Part shown: piece by piece, positions 42,875 to 53,803 of the stretch
Numbering within the stretch: the stretch's first letter is position 1
How the letters are laid out: each line of letters begins with the position of its first letter
Source of the DNA: Cyanidioschyzon merolae
Lineage: Eukaryota
Assembly: GCA_000091205.1 (NCBI GenBank)
Contig: AP006483.2
Strand: one strand, 5' to 3'
DNA length: 64,000 nucleotides
Translations under genes and position numbers: made by a program
Notes under the pieces: model-generated
The model's input: only the letters and a program-made list of their open reading frames with translations
Told to the model about the DNA's origin: nothing
Databases searched by the model: none

Positions 42875-43190
42875 GATCCAGTTCGTACATGCACCATGCG
42901 TGTTACAACTTTAGCGGGAAATATGTAGTTGCGTGCGCGAAACCGCTTCCGCCGATCTAGTTCGTACATGCACCATGCGTGTTACAATTTTAGCGGGAAA
43001 TATGTAGTTGCGTGCGCGAAACCGCTTCCGCCGATCTAGTTCGTACATGCACCATGCGTGTTACAATTTTGGCGGGAAATATGTTGTTGCGTGCGCGAAA
43101 CCGCCTCCGCCGATCTAGTTCGTACATGCGCCATGCGTGTTACAATTTTAGCGGGAAATATGTTGTTGCGTGCGCGAAAGCGCTTCCGCC
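42875..43190. repeat. Tandem minisatellite, 79-bp unit x 4, between the divergent capping-enzyme and TBCB genes.
   Basis: The unit gatc[ct]agttcgtacatgcaccatgcgtgttacaa[ct]ttt[ag]gcgggaaatatgt[at]gttgcgtgcgcgaaaccgc[ct]tccgcc occurs at 42875, 42954, 43033 and 43112. Confidence 0.9.
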
Positions 43191-43388
43191 GATGTACGCG
43201 CGTCGGTGCTGTGGCGACGATTGCGGCCCCGAAGCCAAGCGGCGCTCGCCGAACAACAACAACAAGCGCACCGCACCGCATTCGAGACGCGATCCCTCTA
43301 GCTTGCTAGCGCAGACCACGACGCTGGAAGAGGCGGCACGCTCGCAGCGAGCGACGGGCTCTCGGGCTGGCCTCTCACTACAGGCAGT

Positions 43389-44162
43389 ATGGGGCACAGC
43401 AGCAGAGTGCACTGGTACATTACGTACGGCGATCGAGTGCTGAATCCTTTGGATGACACCGGCTTCCCCGCCGATATCACCTTGAAACGCTTTGTTGAGC
43501 GACTTTACGCATGGACCGGCGTGCCACCGGCTCAGATGCGCGTAGTGCTACGTAGCAAAAACGGCCAAGAGCTGGTTCTGGACTCCGAAACTATCTCGTG
43601 TGCCGAAGCAGAGACGCTCACGTTGGCGTCTGTCGACTCGCGTCTCCCGGAGCCTGTGCACAGCGCAGAAGTGATCGCCACTGGGCTCGTAAACCCGACA
43701 GCGAGTACTGCTGCCTGCTGCAAAGACACTCATGATGGCTCAGACGACGAAGTTAGCTACGAAATTAGTGAAAGCACATACGCTACTCGTCTGGACACAT
43801 ACAGGGCCAAGAAGCAACAGCTGTGGGCGGCAGGTCGCAGCCAACTGGCCGTATCCCTGCGTCCCGGCTTGCGATGTAGTCTGCGAAACTCCAATCGCAA
43901 AGGCCACATTGCCTATGTGGGACCTGTTCCCGCACTGACGATCGCTGGTGATGACACTTGGATCGGCGTCATTCTCGATGAACCGAACGGAAAGAACGAT
44001 GGCACTGCACCAGACGGCACGCGCTACTTTGAATGCACTGCGAATCACGGGCTCTTTGTGCGTCCAGAACGAGTCCAAGTGTGCACAGACGACGCTGAGC
44101 ATCCAATCGACAGTGCGGCAACGACGAAAACGGATACAGACGGGATTCCTCTGGAAATCTAA
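43389..44162 (+). CDS. TBCB: Tubulin-folding cofactor B, with an N-terminal ubiquitin-like domain and a C-terminal CAP-Gly domain.
   Basis: The CAP-Gly domain reads GLRCSLRNSNRKGHIAYVGPVPALTIAGDDTWIGVILDEPNGKNDGTAPDGTRYFECTANHGLFVRP, with the GKNDG loop. The N-terminal Ubl is VHWYITYGDRVLNPLDD...MRVVLRSKNGQELVLDSE. At 257 aa the length fits TBCB. Confidence 0.8.
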   Translation: MGHSSRVHWYITYGDRVLNPLDDTGFPADITLKRFVERLYAWTGVPPAQMRVVLRSKNGQELVLDSETISCAEAETLTLASVDSRLPEPVHSAEVIATGLVNPTASTAACCKDTHDGSDDEVSYEISESTYATRLDTYRAKKQQLWAAGRSQLAVSLRPGLRCSLRNSNRKGHIAYVGPVPALTIAGDDTWIGVILDEPNGKNDGTAPDGTRYFECTANHGLFVRPERVQVCTDDAEHPIDSAATTKTDTDGIPLEI

Positions 44163-46299
44163 CCGACGCCTTCGATGCAGAGAGTGTTGTTTGGAAAGCG
44201 GTCGGATACGTTTTCGGATAAAGTGGCTGGATATGATGGCGGCACTTTACAGACGCTTCGCCCGCGCGGCATCGATACGAGGTCCGGTACGACGGGTACG
44301 AAATGTTTTGACGGGAAAAATGGGGGCGCGCGCTGTCCCCGCTTCGCCGCATCCCTACCGGTACACACCACAGCGTTATACCTGTAGAAAGCTTCTCATA
44401 AATTGCTGTATTTCCTAGTAATGTATCCGTAGCAATTCGAGACACGACGCGACGCAAACGGATCGGATCGTTTCCGTACCGACAGGGTGTGTGCGCTGGG
44501 CGAAGCGCTCATGCGCGTCCATACGCTTTAATATCGAGGAGTCAAACTGTACGATCGTTCACCAATCGCTGAGGGAAACCGTTCCCATTATATATATCTC
44601 TATATTGATCTCGAGCCTTGTTGGATTGCTGAAGCGTAGGAAACTAGTGCGTGGCTCGGGGCGAGCATCCAATGCACTCGCTCTCTGCAGCTGATTTCTA
44701 TTTCATCGAAGTTCTTCCACGGTTTGGCTCAATGCTTCCGATAAGTCCCATGCGATACCATCGAGAGTTCGCTGGACACACCCGCGGATCGTTTCAGAAG
44801 TATGGCAAATTTCCCGGCGTTGATCAGGACGCTCAAGATCTGGTGCAGCATGCGTTTCCAGGCTCTTTTCCTGGTGGTATCACTTCAGAGCAAGCCTTTC
44901 ACCTGCGAATGTCTCGCCATTTAGCGTTCGGTCATCATATTGTAGTCCATTTCGTGCATCCATCTCTCTTGCACTCTCTGATTCTCTACCTGTTTTAGCA
45001 TGCGCTCGTGCTCGTAATGCATCTAGATCGTTCTGAAATTATCGATGCAAATCGTACGGAATCGATGCTTGCATCAGGTGTAGGCACTGGCCGACAGAGC
45101 AAAATGCAGGATTTGTATGCTACTGCATGTCCAGCGGCACGAGGTTAAACAAAATGACAGAACTTGCAGGCCGTTTTCCTGTATGACTCGGTAAAGAGGG
45201 CGGCGAATGCAGGTTTTGCGCCAATGTACGTCGAAAACCGTCGACAAACTAAAGCGATTTCTTGTACGCTCGCCAAAGAGCGTTCGCATCAGCCATATGG
45301 ACACTCATATACTCTCTGAATACAGCGCACAAAGCGCAACCTGCTGCTCGATGGGATGCTCGAAGCGTCGAGATGGGTCCTGATGCCCTCGCTCCACTCG
45401 CTGGTGCGCCTCGTGGTGTCGCTCATGTCCGACTCTCGATGATACCGACACCTGGAAATATTGAGAGGCTTCTTCTGTTTTCGAATCGAGTCATTGGCTG
45501 GTGCTCTTGATGAAGAGATATGGCGAACGTGTTGAGGTGCTTCAACCCGGGATCCACGCCCTTGGGAGAGTCCTCCGCTTCATCTTCCTCGCATGATTTT
45601 TATGGGGCTCGCTGCTCGACTCTGGCAATTTTTTCACAACATGCTTGCAAACGGATATTCCGATTGTCTCCATGGTCCGTGAAAGCCGCTTTTCATTTGC
45701 TCCCCGTAACCGAGAACGCTCGAATGAGCTCCGCAAATGCGCTTCGCAACGATGCCCAATGCTGTTTCAATGCTCGCAGGGACCAGCCGTTCCTCACTGC
45801 GCAGGCCATGAACGATTCTATACGATTGCCTACGGTCATATCACGGTCCCTGATAGGACCCATAGAGACCAGATGACTAGGCGCTTGACGAGGCTGGAGC
45901 GCTCGGGTACCGATGTGGGCGTCTGCTCTGCTCCAGAGCGCTCTCTTCAGGAAATCTTTCTCGTCCAAAACGCAAGCACAGCAGATTCCAAAATTCCTTT
46001 GTCCTTTGAATGCAAAGCGCATTGGTCCGCATTCGAGAATACCACGGTGAATGTAGACGAACTGAGGAGGCACTCGATCTCACTGCGACTCCTCGTCTGA
46101 ACTCGCTACCACCTCGATCTCTTCCGCCTTTAGCTCATCATTTGCTTCCATCGCTACCCCAAGAATTTCGTCGATTCGTCCGCGAATTTCTGCGCCAATA
46201 CGATTGGGGTACAGCGCCCACGGGATGCCCCTAAGATACGCTCGAGACTGATCCGCGTATGCTTTTGGTTTACGATGACAGTTTCTTATTTTTGGTACC

Positions 46300-47300
46300 A
46301 GCGCTGTAGATGTTGCGATCGCCGGAGTGGTGCGGGCACGCGTCAGCTTGTTCAACGGAGCAGATATGCAAATCTCTGATCCTATGATGGATGCGCACCT
46401 CATCTTCTGTCCCGAGCATCAGCTATGTTTTCGCATGGGAATTCGATCGAAGTATTCCACAGACAGCTGGACAGCTTTCTGTCCTGCTCTAGGAACGCCT
46501 GTGAAGAGTTGGTCGACGAGATGCGTCAAGCCGAGAGCAGACGAGCGATACTCTCTCGAGTTAGACTCTATTCGATGCTCGCTGGTACGCTGCATCTATC
46601 AGAGTCGCGTCTGCGAACGACTCGTCAATTGGGCCTTGCGCGTAAAACTGGCGTTTGAACAACGTCCAGTACGCTCTCGACTCGATTGTACCGCAGATAA
46701 TAAGCTGGCAGGCAGACCAGCTCAATGCTAGTCCCAGATGCCTGCTGCTTGACCCCTGTTTTCTGGTGGAAAGCGACGTTTTCTATGATCAGGACAGAGT
46801 CATCTGGGAACGATGGGTCACGACTTGTGCTTCGACGACGGATGAGGTATTGAACGATCCTGCCCGTTCTGCGGTTTGCCGGTCACCACACGAATGCAAT
46901 GCGGTTTACGGCGGTAGCTGGTCCCCTTCTCGCTTGTGTTCCATTTTCGAATGACAGTTTGCCGCTCATGGAGAGCCCATATACAACTCTATTATCTCTC
47001 GCCGATGAAGCCCCATTGAATGAGACAAATACAGGGAGTTCCTGTGACAAGCGTTCGCGTTTCAGCACGAAATCGATGAAGCATTGGTCATCTTCAGATG
47101 GTCTCCCAGAGAAGCGCATTTTTTTCTTTATACACCTGTATCTCTGTATCCTGCATATATCCATGGTGCGGACGCTTCACAAGCTGTGCCCTCTCTGGAA
47201 GCATTTTTCAGATCATGTACGTAGTCGATTGGACTGATGAGTAGGTAGTGTTCCGATAGCGTTTAACATGTTCTTTTTTGGGCACACGACCATCCGAATA
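46300..47300 (+). mobile_element. Tc1/mariner-like transposase fossil, copy D (HTH region and first-Asp region), 3'-truncated.
   Basis: An HTH-like block reads ...RVCERLVNWALRVKLAFEQ. The first-D block reads EAPLNETNTGSSCDKRSRFSTKSMKHWSSSDGLPEKRIFFFI, matching the mariner consensus HELNE...GDEKWIFF. It is homologous to 6790-7122 and to the internal regions of copies B and C. Confidence 0.5.
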
Positions 47301-47593
47301 AGGTCTAGACAAATAGCAGTTCATCCATCTGCTGTTCGTTGAATGCCTAGCGTGCAGTAGCAAGGCCGGTTTTCCATAAGATATCATGCAAAGCGTAAAC
47401 GCATTCCGCAACCTTCTTCAATTTTCTGCACAGATTCCTATCGTTCACTACCAGCGGAAAAAGCCAACAAAAACAAATTGGCGTGCCTGTACAGGTATTC
47501 ACGAGATCGATGCGATGAGTATAATGCCGCCGTAGCGCGTGCCCTTGGTACCTAGGCGAACGCTGTCAGCGCCATCATGTTCCTGGATCCGCT

Positions 47594-48439
47594 TTAGAAC
47601 CAGTTCGCTTTGAGGCCACTTGGCCGGTCTCCATGAGGCTTCTCGTAGCGATTCGGCACGGCTTCGGGCAAACCAGCGACAAGCAAATGACCGACATCGC
47701 CCAACGCTAGACAACGCGGCACCGCAGTCGTTGGACTGCGAGTCTCGAATAGAACCGTCGTGACTGAGCTCGGCGCAAGCCAGAATGCATTCCAGAAGAG
47801 AGCCAGCGGCAGCTCCAGGAGATGTGCTAACCAGGTCAGTCCGAAACCGCCATGGCATACGACGACAACCGCAGCATCACGCCCAGCAGTGCCCTGTGCT
47901 CTGGCGACTGCCGCATCGACCTCAGTGAGCCGATAGACACCGTTCGGCTCACGCGTATAGCCATGCCGTGCAAGAAACGCATCGCTATTCATTACAAGCG
48001 CCTGAAAGTCGGACCTGATCTTATCGTCGAGTCCAGGAACGAGTTTCCATTGGCTCTCGTGGTCCGGTAGCGCTCCGGTCGTACTGCGACAGCGGCTACG
48101 CACCAAAGCAGCATCCATATCCCAGAGCGCCCGCCCGCCTTGCCCAGCAGCAGGCGCTGTGTCTGAGGCGCCCGCGTTCGAAGCACTCGCTCGCCAGGTC
48201 ACCAGTTCCTGGGTCCAGGTCTCGATCTGGAGAGGCAAGTCCAGTTCCCTTGCTATGTACCGAGCAGTCTCCTGAGCCCGACCCATCGGTGACGTGTACA
48301 CGCAGGCGATGAACGGTCGCCTTCGCACATGGGCGTGTCCGAGTCTGCGAGCGAGCGCTGCCGCCTGTAGTTTCCCATCAGCGGTGAGCGAGTCCGTCGC
48401 ATAGTCCGGGTCAGCGTGTCGCACTATGATCAGTCGCAT
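47594..48439 (-). CDS. Histidine phosphatase superfamily protein (phosphoglycerate-mutase-like, branch 1).
   Basis: The N-terminal catalytic motif reads LIIVRHADPDY (RHG-type, G to A variant). LTADGKLQAAALARRLG and SPMGRAQETARYIA are also present. The second catalytic His block is VVVCHGGFG. Confidence 0.55.
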   Translation of the reverse strand: MRLIIVRHADPDYATDSLTADGKLQAAALARRLGHAHVRRRPFIACVYTSPMGRAQETARYIARELDLPLQIETWTQELVTWRASASNAGASDTAPAAGQGGRALWDMDAALVRSRCRSTTGALPDHESQWKLVPGLDDKIRSDFQALVMNSDAFLARHGYTREPNGVYRLTEVDAAVARAQGTAGRDAAVVVVCHGGFGLTWLAHLLELPLALFWNAFWLAPSSVTTVLFETRSPTTAVPRCLALGDVGHLLVAGLPEAVPNRYEKPHGDRPSGLKANWF

Positions 48440-50080
48440 CTGCTAAAGCGGAACGATAATGTCGTCTATGAGAGTGCCAGAAGCAATCGTCCACACAACG
48501 TGTCGACGAGGACGCGTTGGTGACGTGTTTCCCAGCCGGTGTTCGCCCGGCGAGTGCCCAGCGTCTCGAGTCGCCGCCCTGCCCACCGCGCACGGTAGAC
48601 GCTGAGGGAAACGGAAACCCGGTTTCCAGACCAGTTGTACTGACCTGGCAACGCGTGGGTGTGCGTGGAGGTGCTCGCGAGGCGACCAACCTACCGGACT
48701 AGGAGATCTACCCTCGACTGCCTTCCGCGGGGTATCGCTCCGGAGTTCGCTGGACAGCAACAGCGACCATTACGCCTATCTCGGACGACAACAGAACGGG
48801 TCTAGTTCGCTGACTCTTGCGTACACCTAGGCAGGTACAGGTTTCTTCCCAGTGCCATGAATAGCAGGAAATGGGGCCCTGTTCTGCGACTGCTTCATTT
48901 TCCTCTCTCGCATCGCCGGCATTGCATGCTCCGGCCTCCTTTTTCCCTATAGCTCTGGTTTCAATAGTCAAAGGATGCTGATAGCAGCGTTCAAGTCCCA
49001 ATGATGACGCATTTGATGCGCATGCGGAAGTTGCGATCTACGCTTCGCTTGCCAGTTTTATCATGGTAAACGGTCTTGATGCGTCCTTCACAGTGGTGAC
49101 ACTTGAGTGTGGTCGGGTGTTCGAATCTGCCGTCGATACCGCCTCCACCGGGAGCTGCCCTGTGGCGCGTGAATGCTCACGCCATCGTTTGGTACGTGCC
49201 GCTGACGAGTCTAGAAGTCTTCCCGAGGCCATCCTCTGATATAACGCCCGGTACCGTACCCTACGATCAGGGTCGTCTTCGGGTGATGCCCTCCACGAGC
49301 ATGCTCTCTGCTGCACGCGCAGGTACACGCTGTTTCATGCGATAGAGGATTTGCGCAACTAGATGCTGTTCATGATGATACGAGTCCCGTATGGAATATC
49401 CAGGCTAGAGAACGAGTCGAGAGGTTTCCAACCAGCTGCGCTCCCTTTGTGCGAACCGGTGGTGCACGCTCCACTGCAGGCGATCGTTGCGACGATTCAG
49501 GTCTGTATCTAAGACCCTCGTATATGCCAACGGAAGAGACGAGCGCCTCTGAAAGCATATCTCGTGAAAGATTCGTATACGACGTAGAATTCTATTTCGT
49601 CACTGGTTCGATAGAAAGCAGGATTCTGCTCTCGAAAGGAATCGAATATTTTCCGTGAGAAGTGCACTGAAGTTTCTGCGGGAGCCTGTGAACAAGTCGC
49701 CCAGGGACGATGTCGAGCTCTGTTCGTCATCAATCCAGAGGCGCGAGTTGCTGCGCGTACGAATTGCCTTGCACTCGAGAGATCGAAAATTTGAAGACAA
49801 GCGTGATGCCAGCATCCTGAACGCAAGGAAATGAGACTAGAACTGGTTTTCCCATTTGCGTTGGATCATGGTATGGATTATTTCACGAAACCTTGTTTGA
49901 GGGCGTCGCGAATCCTCTTTATTCCAGTAGGCTGACGCATTCCAGCGGCGAAGCGTCGAACAAGCCACATCGTAAAAAACCCCCAAATATCCTGAAACTA
50001 CCAATGAATCCGCAAGCCCTCATTGCTGCGGTTCCAGTGCAGCGGCCATTCATCTAAAAAATGAAGGAAGAATCACAATG

Positions 50081-50125
50081 CAGGAACAGCAGGAACAGCA
50101 GGAACAGCAGGAACAGCAGGAACAG
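50081..50125. repeat. (CAGGAACAG)5 nonanucleotide microsatellite.
   Basis: The sequence reads caggaacagcaggaacagcaggaacagcaggaacagcaggaacag. It lies in the 3' flank of the minus-strand zinc-finger gene. Confidence 0.9.
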
Positions 50126-50226
50126 ATCCTTGTTCCAGATCAATCAGATGCATCATTTTAGCGCACCATTGACGAGACTCGAACTCGAAAGCGCATCCCA
50201 ACCAGGATATTTTCCAGACTGTGTGA

Positions 50227-50958
50227 TCATACGGCGTCCTGATTTGTCTCCTGAAGGCGGTGCAGTCTTCGAAGATGACGTTTGGAGCGTGCATGATCCC
50301 ACATATCCCGTGCATTCAGCAGGACGACTTGCCGGCAGATCTGACACTGAAAGGTATCCCGCGAGCGCTTCTCGATGGCTGGGGGTAGCACGCTATGATC
50401 GCCGTCGGACTGCGCATCACTACAAGTCGCTCGACTGGTTGAGTGCAACTTCACGATGCGAGCAGTTTTGACTGTGAGCTGTGTCTCAGGGTCGTGCTGT
50501 TGGCGTCGATCGTCTGCACGGCACTGCGGAGCATCGCTCGCCTCGCCCGAGTCGCTCAACACGTCATTCGCTGGGTCGTACGAAGGTTTGGTACTCGAGT
50601 CCATGACAGCGTCTAGCGTAGCCGCATCTCTAGGTGCAACCTGGTAACGGCTGGCTTGCATTCGGGACAGACGGGCGAGTTGGTCTTCGGCGACGTCCTC
50701 CTCCTCTGGATCGGACTCGCTCGCCAACGAGTCGGGTCGATCTCCAGTAGACACCGTCGTCTCGGAGTCCTCGGACTCGCTGGTTGAAGTGAGCGCATCA
50801 TCACCGTACCAGGTGTTCCAGGCGATGCGTTTAATCATGGCGGGTCGGTGGCCTGTGCACGCTTCCCCCTGCAATTGAGACTCCCGAGAGCAGTACTCGA
50901 CGCGATCGCAAACTTTGGCTCTCTGGAACAGAGGATCCGCCACCAGCCGCCAACGCAA
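50227..50958 (-). CDS. Small acidic protein with a C-terminal U1/JAZ-type C2H2 zinc finger.
   Basis: The C-terminus reads FQCQICRQVVLLNARDMWDHARSKRHLRRL (C-x2-C-x13-H-x5-H, ZNF593/Bud20-like). The Ser/Asp/Glu-rich N-terminal part is disordered. The start may be an internal Met (MIKRIAWNTWYG). Confidence 0.4.
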   Translation of the reverse strand: MRWRLVADPLFQRAKVCDRVEYCSRESQLQGEACTGHRPAMIKRIAWNTWYGDDALTSTSESEDSETTVSTGDRPDSLASESDPEEEDVAEDQLARLSRMQASRYQVAPRDAATLDAVMDSSTKPSYDPANDVLSDSGEASDAPQCRADDRRQQHDPETQLTVKTARIVKLHSTSRATCSDAQSDGDHSVLPPAIEKRSRDTFQCQICRQVVLLNARDMWDHARSKRHLRRLHRLQETNQDAV

Positions 50959-51332
50959 GATCCTTACAAGGAAAGTAGCACCCTTTTGAAAAAAAGCGCT
51001 CTTTCACCAACCCCGAGCAGAGAACGGCACCGCTCTTCTGCAACGCCTCCTTTAATACAAAGGCGCACTGCTGGCCAACTGGTGTCTGTTCTCAAGGAAG
51101 AAACTCGGCAAGTTCGGGAATCGGTACCCTTGCCCACCAACCAATCAGATAAACACACCAGCAAGTGGTTCGAGTTTTCCGCTTTGACTCGTTGGAACGA
51201 AGCAACGCCTCCGAGCAAGTCGAGCGCAGTGGATGGTGGAGCTGTTGCGGCCCGAGCCAGCTCGAGATAGAATTCTTTATCCAAGCCGCGCTGAGCATCG
51301 TTTTTCACCCGCGGTGCCACTGGCTTCCACGG

Positions 51333-52844
51333 ATGGTATCCCAGAAAGAGACGTCGCGTGCGGATGAGGTAACTATCACCATTCCAGTAGAGCCTGGTGA
51401 TGCCGAGGCCGGACGAGCGGCTGCTGTGTCGGCAGCTGCCGTGGGGCGCGCTCTCCAGACGGCCTTGCAGCGAAAGGCGTCTGCGGCGCCTCGACTGGCC
51501 CCGCGTGAGGTCTGGCTCTATGACCCTGGCTATACAAGCACGGCCTGCTGTCGCTCTGCAATCACTTTTATTGACGGTGAGAACGGTATTTTGGAGTATC
51601 GCGGGTTTCCAATTGAAGCGCTCGCAACGACCTGCGGCTTCTACACCGTAGCGTACATGCTGCTCGAGGGAACGTTTCCGGCGGACGCAAAGGTGCGCGC
51701 CCAGTTTGCCAAGAGCATTCAACCAGGTCTCGACCTCGACCCTGTTGTCGCAAACGTCGTAGAGAGCTTCCCGCAGGAGGCGCACCCGATGACGGTCTTT
51801 ATGGCTGCGACGGCTGCATTGAGTGCGAGTCGCCCGGCATGGAACCCCGCCCTCGTTCGAGGCGATGGCGGCAGTTTGCGGTTGGTGTATCGCACTCGCG
51901 CTGAACGTCAACGTATCGCACAGGAATGCATTTCGTCACTCACCAGTATCGCTGCAGCGGTTTTCCGTCACATGCGTGGTTGCCCTGTGCGCTTTCCGAA
52001 GAGCACACAGCACCTGCGGGAGCATCCTCTGGATGCCTTTGCCCCTGACGGGTTCGCGCGAGCCTTCCTGCACGCTGCTGACCCCGAAGGCACACTCTGG
52101 CCTGAGCAACGTCATGCATCGGCAGTTTTCGCCGAAACCCTGGATGTCATCTTTGTACTGCATGCAGATCATGAACTGAACTGCTCCACTGCAGCGATGC
52201 GTCACCTGACTTCAGCAGGTTCCGATGTCCTGACCTGTTTGGCAGCTGCGATCGGGGCACTCTATGGACCGTTGCATGGCGGCGCAAATGAGGCAGTTCT
52301 GAACATGCTGGAGGAGATCGGCAGCCCGGAGGCGGTGGAAGCCTTCGTCGCATCCGTGAAGCGTCAGGAACGGAAGCTCATGGGATTTGGTCATCGCGTT
52401 TATCGGAGCTATGATCCACGGGCAAAAATTTTGCGAACGCTAGCACAACAAGTGTTGCGGGAGGCGTCCACGGAAGGTCGTACTGCAAACGGACCGACGA
52501 CTGCGAACGGCGCATCAGACCCGCTGCTGATCATTGCTCAGACGCTGGAGAAGCGAGCACTGGAAGACCCCTACTTTACGGAACGGAAACTCTATCCTAA
52601 CGTTGACTTTTACTCAGGGGTTTTGTATCGCGCGATGGGTTTTCCGAGTGTTTTCTTTACAGTGCTGTTTGCCATTGCGCGCACTGTTGGCTGGCTTGCG
52701 CACTGGATGGAGATGCTCGAACGGGACGCAACGGATGCTGAACGCAAAATCGTACGCCCTCGACAGATCTATATCGGAAAGCGGCGACAACGCATCCCGC
52801 TTGAAGCGGTGGAGAAACGACCTGATCGCCGTTCGAGACTGTGA
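51333..52844 (+). CDS. Citrate synthase, bacterial / plant-peroxisomal type, with a C-terminal PTS1 (-SRL).
   Basis: The signatures are DPGYTSTACCRSAITFIDGENGILEYRGFPIEAL and LHADHELNCSTAAMRHLTSAGSDVLTCLAAAIGALYGPLHGGANEAVLNMLEEIG. These are of the GltA type, not the mitochondrial HSDHEGGN type. The last three residues are S-R-L. The ORF is open upstream to 51165. Confidence 0.9.
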   Translation: MVSQKETSRADEVTITIPVEPGDAEAGRAAAVSAAAVGRALQTALQRKASAAPRLAPREVWLYDPGYTSTACCRSAITFIDGENGILEYRGFPIEALATTCGFYTVAYMLLEGTFPADAKVRAQFAKSIQPGLDLDPVVANVVESFPQEAHPMTVFMAATAALSASRPAWNPALVRGDGGSLRLVYRTRAERQRIAQECISSLTSIAAAVFRHMRGCPVRFPKSTQHLREHPLDAFAPDGFARAFLHAADPEGTLWPEQRHASAVFAETLDVIFVLHADHELNCSTAAMRHLTSAGSDVLTCLAAAIGALYGPLHGGANEAVLNMLEEIGSPEAVEAFVASVKRQERKLMGFGHRVYRSYDPRAKILRTLAQQVLREASTEGRTANGPTTANGASDPLLIIAQTLEKRALEDPYFTERKLYPNVDFYSGVLYRAMGFPSVFFTVLFAIARTVGWLAHWMEMLERDATDAERKIVRPRQIYIGKRRQRIPLEAVEKRPDRRSRL

Positions 52845-53803
52845 ACCAGATATGAACTCATGATGAATGGTCGCACCTTGCGCATACGATGCCACAGAGC
52901 GACGATTTGATCGCCATACGCGACGATGAACCCGATATGAATTCATGATGAATGCTCGTATCCTACGCTTGCTCGCAATCTGTCCATATAGCTGACGGAT
53001 CCGTGCCCTGACCCGTACTGGATTCGTTCCTCATGTCGTTCGTAAACGACGCGTGCAAGGTACCGCGTGCTGCCTAGACCCCAACCGACTCAGCGGCATG
53101 CAAGCCAACGCAGGCCTTGACCGGCCTGTACTGCGCCCTCGGTCCCGTAACAAGTGTTTGTATCTCGAACACGACTCGAAAGCGCAATGTTCCGTTCAAG
53201 GCGTCACGGCGATAAGTGCCCGCTCCTATACGGTACGCTGCACCACCAAGGCGTCTTCCATAGCGAATTGGAAGCTATCGTTGATGCCGTCTAGCTTCCT
53301 GGTTTCCTGGGTGCATACGAGCGAGCCTTGACGCCACTCCCCGCAACGTCAAGTGATTCATTGCCGAGCCCAACTTTAGATTTGAGAGCGGTCACTTTCT
53401 GGGAACTGCTCGCGTTCCAGTCCCGCATTTTCGCTCGCGTCGCAGACGCGCGCAGGTCACAGTCCAACGACCGGTCGAAGCGAAATGCATAAATATTCCA
53501 GGTACGCTGCTTTAGAGCTGATCCATGAAGGCCTCGAACTGAGATGCTCGATCGGGTCCAAGACGCAGAACGACAACCGCAGCAGACGTCGCATCTGCAT
53601 CTCCCAGCACGAGCGACCTGCTCGACGAGATTCTCACTCAAAGCCGCAAAGTTGCCTGGTCGACGAGAGCCTGCTGTGCTGACCAGAACATGGCTAGGAG
53701 GCACATCGACGTCCTCACTCGAGGGCACCCCGCTCGGCCTAGCAACGACAGACCGCACGACGATGAAGTTCCTGCTGCTACTGCTAACGCTGCTGCTGGC
53801 GCT

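Noticed and set aside
49060-49140. A tRNA-like T-arm string (ggtcgggtgttcgaatctgcc). On the minus strand the same stretch gives a zinc-ribbon-like peptide (KCHHCEGRIKTVYHDKTGKRS).
   Set aside because: No acceptor, D or anticodon stems can be paired around the T-loop-like sequence. The minus-strand peptide has no start codon and only one CxxC. Neither is supported.
50964-51911. A 315-aa minus-strand ORF overlapping the citrate synthase 5' end and promoter.
   Set aside because: It is antisense to a very well-supported CDS and has no recognisable motifs. Long spurious ORFs are expected at ~58% GC. Treated as an artefact.
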